DNA of 64,000 bases from a virus. The stretch is taken from the IMG/VR virus record IMGVR_UViG_3300030108_003282, positions 30,927 through 94,926 of that record. The stretch is one strand, 5' to 3'. Below the pieces are notes generated by a model, which was not told the DNA's origin, did no database searches, and worked only from the letters and a program-made list of their open reading frames with translations. A program made the translations under genes and the position numbers. Shown here one piece after another: positions 38,247 through 46,448 of this stretch (positions are counted from its first letter, which is position 1; each line of letters begins with the position of its first letter).

Positions 38247-39413
38247 TTAATCTCTCCATAGTAATTGTTGCCACATCTTAGAAATAACTTTTTGGTCAGG
38301 TCTTAGTTTAAAGTCATCATCTTGATATGTGTCTGGATATTTTTCTCTAGCAGTCTTTCTGTAATCAAAACCGCCCTTTCTGTCGCCTTGCCACGCTCGG
38401 AATCCATTCGGTGCTTTATTAGTATTCTTTCGCTTTAATGCTCTATCAACTAAATTAATAATGGGTAAAGCAGTAGCCGTTAATTTAAAACTAACAACAT
38501 CTCCCGTCAAAGCATCCTTTTCATCCTCTTTACCAACATTTGTAATTTTTCTTGCTGGCTTCTGTTCATTAGGCTTAACTGCAAATTCTGTAGCCTGTAA
38601 AGAAGACCTTACTTTGCTGGTCAATAAACGACCACCTGCATTCCAAAAAGATTCATTACGGACAACATCATTAAAGAAAGACTCGACTGATTTAATTTCG
38701 TCTAAATCAACTTCATCAACCCCTTCGGGTATTCTATCCACTTCAACTTCCATTTCCATATCATCTATGAATTCAGTTGCTTCCTTCATCAGCCAAAGCA
38801 AACCTTTGGGATTAGCGAACTTTGTTTTTGTTCTTGAAAATAACGCTTGATGAGGAGGATTGCCACCATTAAAACCATCAGGAGCATCAATGTGTGCAAA
38901 CCATTCAGCAGGAGCAACACCAGATTTATTCTTTTTATCATAAAATTCTGTGGCATAGTGTCCTTGAATTTTACGGGGTCTTTTCTTTTGACCAGTCTTT
39001 GTTTTTTCTTGCTCAGTAAAAAGAATAAATGCGGGGTCTCTTGCTGGCCCTTTTCCTCCAGCATCGTTCCCTTCAAGATAAAAACTTTCTAATGTATCAG
39101 CAAGAGTTTTAATAATATTTGCCTGTCCTTCAGTAAATAAATTATTATCCACAAATGCTTCGATTGGTTCAAGAAACTGTATTGCTCCCTGACCATCACG
39201 GCCCCTATTTCTACTTCCTGCACGAATATTATTCATCATATGAGTTTTTAAAAACGCATAAAGATTTGGTACGTTTTTAACCATCATTTGGTCACCAGAA
39301 ACACCTTGACAGGTTTTTCTCCAAGTATTAAAGTTTTCAATGAAAGGAAAGGTTCCTCCCTGATTGACTTTGTTTCCTTTATGGGGCTGAAAGTTCTTTT
39401 TCTTCTTACTCAT
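38247..39413 (-). CDS. Hypothetical protein with C-terminal W-tag
   Basis: Ends ISKMWQQLLWRD. Confidence 0.65.
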   Translation of the reverse strand: MSKKKKNFQPHKGNKVNQGGTFPFIENFNTWRKTCQGVSGDQMMVKNVPNLYAFLKTHMMNNIRAGSRNRGRDGQGAIQFLEPIEAFVDNNLFTEGQANIIKTLADTLESFYLEGNDAGGKGPARDPAFILFTEQEKTKTGQKKRPRKIQGHYATEFYDKKNKSGVAPAEWFAHIDAPDGFNGGNPPHQALFSRTKTKFANPKGLLWLMKEATEFIDDMEMEVEVDRIPEGVDEVDLDEIKSVESFFNDVVRNESFWNAGGRLLTSKVRSSLQATEFAVKPNEQKPARKITNVGKEDEKDALTGDVVSFKLTATALPIINLVDRALKRKNTNKAPNGFRAWQGDRKGGFDYRKTAREKYPDTYQDDDFKLRPDQKVISKMWQQLLWRD

Positions 39414-40248
39414 CTTTCTTCCTCCGTTTCTTTCTACCTCTTACTACCTTATTAAACATAGCGGGGGCTGAAGTGGTAGTCACGGCTCCCACCATTTTAA
39501 GTTCAGAATCATTAAAATCTGCCGCCTTTCGACCAGAAGCATCAAGTAATAATTTAATAAAAAATGATTCATGTCTTTTTCCGTATCTATTGGTTAAATC
39601 ATTAATATTTGTAGGGTCAATGTCTTTAAGTTTTTGTCTCTTTCTCTGAGTTCTAGCAGTTATTTCCATCCTTGCTAGTTTTTCTTTGACTTTATCTTTA
39701 GTGTTTTCAGGGAGATTGTCGGTAATTGCATCAATAAAACCAATAAGGGTTTCAATTTCTTCAACCTGTTGGCTCTTAACTGCTGTTTCAATCCCAATAG
39801 CGTCAAACATTGGGTGAAGTATTTGTCTCTGTGAATCAGGATGTTTAAGGAATGTCTTAAGACGATAGTAAGTATTTTGTGGAAATTGCCCTACAATTGC
39901 CCCATATTCTGATGCTTGCGGAGACATGGTAAATTGTTCTTTCCCCATTCCTGCATGAGTCGCTTCATGCATAATAGTTCTAACAACGTACTCCATTATT
40001 TCTCTTTCTTTGGGTTCTCTTTTAAGTTTTCTTTTAAGATGGTCATAAATGGCTTTATGATTAATTCTTATTTTTTCTTCAACTAAATCTTTTAATTCTG
40101 GAGCCTTGCCTTGCGACATAGCCCTCATAATAGCCATTGATACTTCCATAGGATTAGAATGTATATTTTCTAAAGAATACGCCCCGAATGCCTGAAGGTC
40201 TTCATCGAAGGCAATATCTTCTACTTTAAGAATATCGAACCAACTCAC
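39406..40248 (-). CDS. Zincin-like metallopeptidase (HExxH) with W-tag
   Basis: TIMHEATHAG...SEYGA; MSWFDILK. Confidence 0.6.
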   Translation of the reverse strand: MSWFDILKVEDIAFDEDLQAFGAYSLENIHSNPMEVSMAIMRAMSQGKAPELKDLVEEKIRINHKAIYDHLKRKLKREPKEREIMEYVVRTIMHEATHAGMGKEQFTMSPQASEYGAIVGQFPQNTYYRLKTFLKHPDSQRQILHPMFDAIGIETAVKSQQVEEIETLIGFIDAITDNLPENTKDKVKEKLARMEITARTQRKRQKLKDIDPTNINDLTNRYGKRHESFFIKLLLDASGRKAADFNDSELKMVGAVTTTSAPAMFNKVVRGRKKRRKKDE

Positions 40249-40250
40249 AA

Positions 40251-40427
40251 CTAATCCTCCTGTTCACGCATTGGGCAACTAGGACTAATTGGTGGTGCTG
40301 GAAGATTTAAAGGACACTTTTGGTATTTAGTGACCATTTGTTGACAGCGACGACAATAGCCAGTTTTTTGAACACGACTGGCGACTTCTCGCTCGTCAAA
40401 CTTAAGCACTACATCTCTCCAAGACAT
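40251..40427 (-). CDS. Small Cys-rich W-tagged protein (58 aa)
   Basis: MSWRDVVLK...CRRC...C...C; below the ORF-track cutoff. Confidence 0.6.
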   Translation of the reverse strand: MSWRDVVLKFDEREVASRVQKTGYCRRCQQMVTKYQKCPLNLPAPPISPSCPMREQED

Positions 40428-40670
40428 TTACTGGCCTCTTGCATTTAATTCGTCTCGACATTCTTCAAGCATTTCTCTAATTTTTCTTAGTTGTTGTTCA
40501 GGTCTATCTGCCTTCATTTCATACATTTTAAGTAAATATTTCATTTCTTCAAGAAATTCATCTTTTTTAGGAATAGGCTTTCCTTCATCGTCTAAGCCTC
40601 TTTCCTCGTAATCCCTGCCGTATTCATCAAATGCAGGAGGAAGATTCTTTTTAATGCTTTCTTTCCACAT
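40428..40670 (-). CDS. Small W-tagged protein
   Basis: MWKESIKK. Confidence 0.55.
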   Translation of the reverse strand: MWKESIKKNLPPAFDEYGRDYEERGLDDEGKPIPKKDEFLEEMKYLLKMYEMKADRPEQQLRKIREMLEECRDELNARGQ

Positions 40671-40671
40671 A

Positions 40672-40875
40672 TCAATCTTTCCGAGTAAATGGATTTTTAG
40701 ATTTAGGTTTCTTTTTAGCATCTTTAGCCGCTTCTTTCATCGGCTCTTTCTTATTGCCATCTTTATCTAAATCTAAGAAATCGGGCTTTGCCGCTTTTAG
40801 TTCTTCGTCATCAGCCTTTTCAGTCCCACAATGTGCCTTTTCGTCTTCTTTCCTAATAATGTCTCTCCAACTCAT
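40672..40875 (-). CDS. Small W-tagged protein with EF-hand-like loop
   Basis: MSWRDIIRK; KPDFLDLDKDGNKKEPMK. Confidence 0.6.
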   Translation of the reverse strand: MSWRDIIRKEDEKAHCGTEKADDEELKAAKPDFLDLDKDGNKKEPMKEAAKDAKKKPKSKNPFTRKD

Positions 40876-40979
40876 TTTTTCTCACCTGTAATCAAGTCTT
40901 TGTTTTGTTTTTCTTCTTCTTTATCTAAACGCTTTGATTCAACATCAAGCCATTTATCTAGTAATGTGCATCTTGTCAT
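40872..40979 (-). CDS. Small protein (35 aa)
   Basis: MTRCTLLDKWLDVESKRL...; fills the gap exactly. Confidence 0.5.
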   Translation of the reverse strand: MTRCTLLDKWLDVESKRLDKEEEKQNKDLITGEKK

Positions 40980-41174
40980 CTATTTAGCCTCCAAAAATAG
41001 TTTTTTCAAAAATCTTCTGACTTCGCCTCGTTGTGCTGTATTTAAATCTCTTTGTGGACGGCTTCTGTTTAATAAAGTATCAATTCTTGCTAAGACACTA
41101 TCAGCAAAATCCATAGCATCCATTCTAAGTTGCTGTTCATCTGACCTTTGCTTCTTAATATCATCTTTCCACAT
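40980..41174 (-). CDS. Small W-tagged protein
   Basis: MWKDDIKKQ. Confidence 0.55.
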   Translation of the reverse strand: MWKDDIKKQRSDEQQLRMDAMDFADSVLARIDTLLNRSRPQRDLNTAQRGEVRRFLKKLFLEAK

Positions 41175-41178
41175 AATA

Positions 41179-41433
41179 TCAAGCCTCAAAAATTTCATTC
41201 AAAAATTCTTCAACATCGCCTAAATCGTAAATCATATCATCTATTCTATCAAGAGAATCTAAAATATCTTGATTATCTAAATCAATTGCAATGCTTTGTA
41301 TTTCTTGATGTTCTTCCGCAATAACTCTTAAAAGTCTTTTCAAAGACTCAGCCTTTAATCTAATGATTCTTGCTTGTCTAACATTGGGATTAATGCTATA
41401 ATCAGGTTGTTTCCTAATATCCTCTTTCCACAT
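41179..41433 (-). CDS. Small W-tagged protein
   Basis: MWKEDIRKQ; AGGTGA RBS. Confidence 0.6.
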   Translation of the reverse strand: MWKEDIRKQPDYSINPNVRQARIIRLKAESLKRLLRVIAEEHQEIQSIAIDLDNQDILDSLDRIDDMIYDLGDVEEFLNEIFEA

Positions 41434-41641
41434 AATATCACCTAAAATTTCTCAAAAATTGGCTCGGAATTTTTTTGGCACTTGCGCCCTCATTTAAATT
41501 TGTTCATTTGTATTCCCAGAATAAAAATCTATAGTTTAAAGATAATGCTTTAAAGATAATAAGTTTGGCGGCCGTGTAAAAAATGTTTTATAAGAATGCG
41601 TTTAGTAATAATTAAATTAATTATATTAATAGTATTGTTTA

Positions 41642-41881
41642 TTATTCATCTTTATTTAGGCCAAAATCGCTTAATGATGTTTGTACACGGAACGCTCTTA
41701 AGTATTTGTTCAGATTACTGCGAACTTGTTTTAATTTATTTGTTATTTGGGTAAGTGCTTGTTTCTCCTCATTTGATAGTTCTCTCGCTTGTTCCCTATT
41801 CTTTTGGGCTTCTTCAAGGGTTTCTTTGATAATGGTGAATATCTCATCTAAATAAGTAATAGCCTCTTGTTCGGCTGACAT
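41642..41881 (-). CDS. Hypothetical helical protein
   Basis: ORF track. Confidence 0.5.
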   Translation of the reverse strand: MSAEQEAITYLDEIFTIIKETLEEAQKNREQARELSNEEKQALTQITNKLKQVRSNLNKYLRAFRVQTSLSDFGLNKDE

Positions 41882-42285
41882 ACTGTATCATGTTATGGCA
41901 GTAAGCCACAGGCTATAATACTGGCGGTTTTACCTTGAAATAATTAAAGATAATGCGTTAAAATAGAGCATTTAAAGCATTTCGTTCTAAATGAGAAGAA
42001 TTAAAAAATTTGAAACAAAGCCATATGGTTGTAGATTATGAATGCGGGAAATGTTGTTAATAACTACCATTTTCATCTATTGTCTTATTTTCATCTTTCT
42101 TAACAGTTCTCTATAGAACGCTATTGGTAACTACAAAATGTTTGTTTACACTCATCTATGACAAATATAATTATATGCCTATCATCTCTAAATGATAGTT
42201 ATTAAATACTCTAACACCATATGGTTGGCTTTGCCAGTTTGGACGAAACCCCAGCGAACTGGGGCTACGGAGGGAAAAGCCAGCA

Positions 42286-42792
42286 TCATTCCTCCTCTTG
42301 ACCTCCTTCGTCGGATTTAACCGCAGGTGGGGTCATTGCTGGGATTTCACCGTTCATGGTTCCGTCCCAACGACCTTCTTTGTAGCCCTTAACGAGAGCA
42401 TCATAGGCTTTTTTGCCCATAGATTGAGCAAATGCCTCGATGTCGTCAAAAGCGCCACCAGTTCGCCCATGAGGGAGAATAACGGTGGTAATCAAGTCAG
42501 GGTTAGTAATACCCGCAAAGGCAGCAATGACCGCATTCTTCACAGAATTGGCAGACAAATCCACTTCTTCGGGCAAAGCCGATTCTCGGCCTCTTCGGGC
42601 GGCTGGGAAATCCGAGTAAGGACTCCCAATTGAGCGAATAGCAGTCCAGTAGGTGGAGCGCAAATCATCGCTATCTGTTGCATTTCCAAGTGTAATAGAC
42701 AAAGAAATGGCATTACCCACGTCTCCCCTATCTTCACGCTCAAGCCATGCTTGAACGGCATTTGTGTTCTTAATCCAATTTTCCTTCTTCAT
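42286..42792 (-). CDS. Cassette A protein, paralog family 1
   Basis: LRSTYWTAIRSIGS, FPAARRGRES, PHGRTGG and RWDG shared with 44061..44585. Confidence 0.8.
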   Translation of the reverse strand: MKKENWIKNTNAVQAWLEREDRGDVGNAISLSITLGNATDSDDLRSTYWTAIRSIGSPYSDFPAARRGRESALPEEVDLSANSVKNAVIAAFAGITNPDLITTVILPHGRTGGAFDDIEAFAQSMGKKAYDALVKGYKEGRWDGTMNGEIPAMTPPAVKSDEGGQEEE

Positions 42793-42944
42793 ATCAATTC
42801 CTCCAAAAAGGGTTTGATGCCCCGTTTTCCCTCCGAAGCACTAAATCGGAGACGGTGGCGTATATGGTTGCTTTTGCATTAACACTCGCAAAGCGAAAAG
42901 CAACCATATGGTTGTGACTTTGCTCACAACCCCGAAGGGCGGAT

Positions 42945-43256
42945 TTACATCCAGTTTTGATAGTATTGGGCCTTATATTTACCAGTATCACGGTTAAAGT
43001 GCATCAAGGTGATTTTACCTTCCCATGTTTGGGCTAATGCCAAGAATGAGGTCAATGCTGGAGTTAAACCAGTGATATAGAGAGTTAATACTTCAACCTC
43101 TTCAATTTCATAGAGAAAATCACTTGCTTGGCCTTCAAGCAAATCAAAGTCCATAGGGTCCTCAATATGTCCATATATGTATTTATCAATTATCTCACCA
43201 TTAGCGTTCTTAATCTCATGTCGTCCTTTACAAAGCCCTACTTCCATCACTCGCAT
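42945..43256 (-). CDS. Cassette B protein (small alpha/beta)
   Basis: GLCKGRHEI...LYITGLTPAL...LMHFNR; ATG 38 nt from the palindrome arm. Confidence 0.7.
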   Translation of the reverse strand: MRVMEVGLCKGRHEIKNANGEIIDKYIYGHIEDPMDFDLLEGQASDFLYEIEEVEVLTLYITGLTPALTSFLALAQTWEGKITLMHFNRDTGKYKAQYYQNWM

Positions 43257-43360
43257 GATTTAATCGGAAAAACTTGGATAATAGCGGGGTATCGCAAAGT
43301 GCTACCATATGGTTGTTCTTTGATAAAACCATACTATTGGCGCATATAAACACTTGGGGT

Positions 43361-43600
43361 ATGTCATATGTGCATGGATTGGGAGATGCCCAAGAAAGGT
43401 TTGCTAAAGATTGGGACTACAAATACGGCTGGATTAACGATTTGAAAATTATTTGCCCTCATTGTGGTTCCGAACATACTGAGGTTGAAGGATTTGAACA
43501 AAGCGATTCTTGGGAGTTTGGTCAAGAATGGACTATTGAATGCTGGTGCGAAGGTTGCAGCAAAGAGTTTGAATACATCCATGAGGTGGATTATTCCTAA
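43361..43600 (+). CDS. Cassette C Zn-ribbon protein
   Basis: CPHC...CEGC; ATG 38 nt from the arm. Confidence 0.7.
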   Translation: MSYVHGLGDAQERFAKDWDYKYGWINDLKIICPHCGSEHTEVEGFEQSDSWEFGQEWTIECWCEGCSKEFEYIHEVDYS

Positions 43601-43689
43601 TTAGATGCCTTCGGGCTCTTTATCAAAGATACGACCATATGGTAGTGCTTTGTTTTACCCCAGTTAATTTGGGTCTGTATGATTAAATC

Positions 43690-43950
43690 ATGCAGTCAGT
43701 ATGGATTATTGAGCAGAAGCAAGGAAACGATTGGAAACCTCAGATGTATCTCGGTGTTCATCGCTGGGAAAACAATGCAACGGCAGAAATGCACAGGCAC
43801 ACGCAGAATCTCCAAATCAACGAAATGCGAACCATTCCAGATTTGCGCTCTCCGAAGCGTGGTGAAGGAAAGCGCATCTTTGGCATGAAAATGCGAGAAA
43901 TCGCTGAGATTCCATCACACTTCCGAGTTTGCCAACTCAGAATACGTTGA
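43690..43950 (+). CDS. Cassette D protein
   Basis: ATG 37 nt from the arm; GATTAAATC-ATG shared with cassette B. Confidence 0.65.
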   Translation: MQSVWIIEQKQGNDWKPQMYLGVHRWENNATAEMHRHTQNLQINEMRTIPDLRSPKRGEGKRIFGMKMREIAEIPSHFRVCQLRIR

Positions 43951-44060
43951 TGGCCTTTGGGGGGCTTTGCCCTCCATTGGGTATTACAAAGCATTACCAT
44001 ATGGTTTTACTTTGTATAAACCCCCCGAAAGGGGCTACAAGGGGGAAAAGCCTTGTAGAA

Positions 44061-44585
44061 TCATTCCTCTTCGGAACCTCCATTATCAGCCTTTACAGGC
44101 GTTGGTTCAATTTGAGGAACACCGTCTTTCAACGAAAGACCGTCCCAGCGATTTTCCTTGATGGACTTAACCATGTAGGAATGCGCCTTACTGCGGAACG
44201 AATCAACCAATTCGCTGAAGGAGCCATAAACTCCACCAGTTCGGCCATGTGGCACAATAACTGACAAAATCATGTCGTGGTATTCAGTAGGGATTGCAGC
44301 AATAGCACCTGCCACGGTTTCCTCCACAGTCGCCAAAACAAGTTCCTGTTCGTCTGACAAGGTTGATTCTCGGCCTCGTCGTGCCGCAGGAAAACCCTCC
44401 ATAGTGGAACCAATTGAACGAATTGCCGTCCAATAGGTGCTTCTTAGTTCATCAGTACCCGCATTATCTCCCAATGTGAGAGAAAGCATCACTGCGTTCA
44501 AATTGTCGCTCGGTTCTTGAGTTTCAGCCCAAGCCCGAACCTTGTTCGTGTTTAGTGTCCAATTTTTCATCTTCATTTTTTTCAC
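44061..44585 (-). CDS. Cassette E protein, paralog family 1
   Basis: Clear homolog of cassette A; GAGGTGA RBS suggests the start is a few codons in. Confidence 0.8.
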   Translation of the reverse strand: MKKMKMKNWTLNTNKVRAWAETQEPSDNLNAVMLSLTLGDNAGTDELRSTYWTAIRSIGSTMEGFPAARRGRESTLSDEQELVLATVEETVAGAIAAIPTEYHDMILSVIVPHGRTGGVYGSFSELVDSFRSKAHSYMVKSIKENRWDGLSLKDGVPQIEPTPVKADNGGSEEE

Positions 44586-44741
44586 CTCTTCCTTTCAAAA
44601 AGATACTTCAAGTCTATTTCCCCCTTGAAGCACTAATAGGGGCAAGGTAGCAAATAAGGTTGTTTTCATGCAAAGCAAAAAACAACCATATGGTATTGCT
44701 TTGTAAATACCGTATAGAATAGAGAACAAGACAATAAAAGC

Positions 44742-45005
44742 ATGTCAAGAGAAATAGTGCTTAGACTTGCTGAAATGTCTCCTTTGTTGAAGAACTGGAT
44801 TGAACCCCAAGTAAATAACGCCGTTAAGCGTGATTTTACCGAGTTTGCTGATGAACCTAATGCTATGATTGGAATATTCATCATGGAGCAGTCTATTGCT
44901 GGCTTTGCTAAAGAAATGGCTAAATGTGCTATGGAGTTCTTGTATGAGGAATTGCAGACCCAATTGCAGGATATTACCTCTGATTTGCTCAAAGAGTGGA
45001 TTTGA
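44742..45005 (+). CDS. Cassette F protein
   Basis: ATG 38 nt from the arm; TTCG hairpin downstream. Confidence 0.7.
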   Translation: MSREIVLRLAEMSPLLKNWIEPQVNNAVKRDFTEFADEPNAMIGIFIMEQSIAGFAKEMAKCAMEFLYEELQTQLQDITSDLLKEWI

Positions 45006-45122
45006 GGAGCATTCTGCCACCTGCGCCATCCTGAGCATCTGCTGATGTAAAACTGCTCCCTTCGGGTTTATCCAAAGTAACACCATATGGTGGTGTTAAT
45101 GCTTTGCATTAATAGAACCATA

Positions 45123-45652
45123 AAAGAAACATGGTCGCAACGGGACAGGGAAAAGCCTAATGCAGTTTTTTTCGTGCTAATTTGTCCGTTGCGACTTTTG
45201 AATATGAAAAACGCCGCCTACTCCATTAATCCGACTTACCCCCGTACTTTGTTTTTCATGCCTTCGTGCAGATAACTAGTATCTCGTACACTCCATGTTT
45301 CTTTCGGGCTTTACTGCGTTTGTTTCGGCTTTGTTTCCGATTGGTATATATGGCCAATCAACCAAAGGAATATGAAAGGTGGGAAGAAGAACTGGGTATC
45401 TCCATCATAGAAGCGATTGGGTCGCTCTCACTTATAGACGCTCTTATGTTATCTTAAGAGCCTATGAACCATTCTTACGAACATGATTAGTAGTCATGCG
45501 CCTTTTGAGCCTTAATCGCTTTCACAGGGAACGAATAATTAACCATTTAGTCATCATATCCGCTTTGTGTCCCACTACAGGAAAGAATGTGCATTAACCC
45601 CGTCTATTGGGCCATTGATGCTATTCCCCTTCGGGGTTGCATGCCCCGAAGC
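45123..45652 (-). ncRNA. Putative structured ncRNA (cassette G)
   Basis: No convincing ORF; multiple nested stems; promoter geometry as in cassette E. Confidence 0.5.
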
Positions 45653-45834
45653 AAAAAATTGGTTCTTACGCCAAATAAGGTTATTAATTGCAAAGCAATC
45701 AACAACCATATGGTTTGAATATATCAAAGAACGTAGAACTTTCTTATTTGAGGATAGTCAATCCAACTGAAATAGGGAAAACATTTCATCCCCAAAAAAT
45801 CTGTCAATTTTGACATAGCAGTTTCAACTGTGGT

Positions 45835-46200
45835 TATATTAATTCGTATTCATATTCTTATATTCAATATTAGTATTATAGTAAAATAAATCGGTTGTCT
45901 CATCTTCGGGAGGGAATGAGACGAGACAACTCAAGGAAGAATCACTAAGGTTATGCAACATAAGTAAAAATATAATTTATACTGTCTCATTATCTCATCA
46001 TCTCATCATCATCATCATCTTCTTCTTCTCTTACAGAACCCCTTATTTTCTTATGGGGTGTGTAGAGAAATATATCCATGATTCGCATGAGACGAGATGA
46101 GACAACTTATTTTTGCAGGTTTCCGCAAGGTTTTGTAGGGTTGTGTTGCATAACCCCATCGTCTCACAATGAGACAATAGCCGAGACAGTCTCATGCGTC
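45835..46200. repeat. Origin-like region: AT-rich tract plus GAGAC/GTCTC repeats
   Basis: About 10 copies of (T/C)GAGAC or GTCTCA in both orientations; TCATCA microrepeat; at the strand switch. Confidence 0.5.
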
Positions 46201-46373
46201 GGATAACAAAACTTATTTCATTGGGCAAACTATTGAAAGAAATAAATACGAATTGTTTTATTGTAATGTATTGTTGTGATTTGTTTAATTTAGAATCAAG
46301 TGAAAGAAGTTGCAGGTGTCTGCGCCCTGCCTAACAAAAAGGGTAGTAATCCGTCCAATGAGGTGCATTTGAG

Positions 46374-46398
46374 GTGATTTCTGCACTCCTTTATATAC
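46374..46398 (+). promoter_or_regulatory. Promoter, copy 1 (GTGATTTYTGCACTCCTTTATATAC)
   Basis: 24/25 identical to 55482..55506; contains the TATA box. Confidence 0.75.
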
Positions 46399-46448
46399 CC
46401 AAAAGTAAGTGTTGAAGATACCCCGCAAAGGGGAAGGAGAGAGATAAC

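Larger units (their letters stand above)
42016..45714. repeat. Array of palindromic cassette-boundary sites CAAAG-N-ACCATATGGT-N-CTTTG
   Basis: Perfect ACCATATGGT at 42216, 42903, 43304, 43634, 43996, 44685, 45082 and 45705; partial at 42021. Confidence 0.95.

Noticed and set aside
1769-41223. Plus-strand ORFs opposite the structural genes
   Set aside because: Antisense shadows of long minus-strand genes, without RBS.
42016-45714. CRISPR array
   Set aside because: Spacers are 330-690 bp, variable and gene-containing; repeats are degenerate outside the core; no cas genes.
42016-45714. NdeI (CATATG) cloning/ligation artefact
   Set aside because: Conservation extends to ACCATATGGT and the CAAAG/CTTTG arms, and the sites respect gene boundaries and promoter spacing.
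42016-45714. Canonical integron attC sites
   Set aside because: No RYYYAAC/GTTRRRY boxes, cassettes occur in both orientations with their own promoters, and no IntI is seen.
45087-45770. Three short plus-strand ORFs in cassette G
   Set aside because: No RBS or matching promoter geometry; two overlap the palindromes; RNA structure explains the region better.
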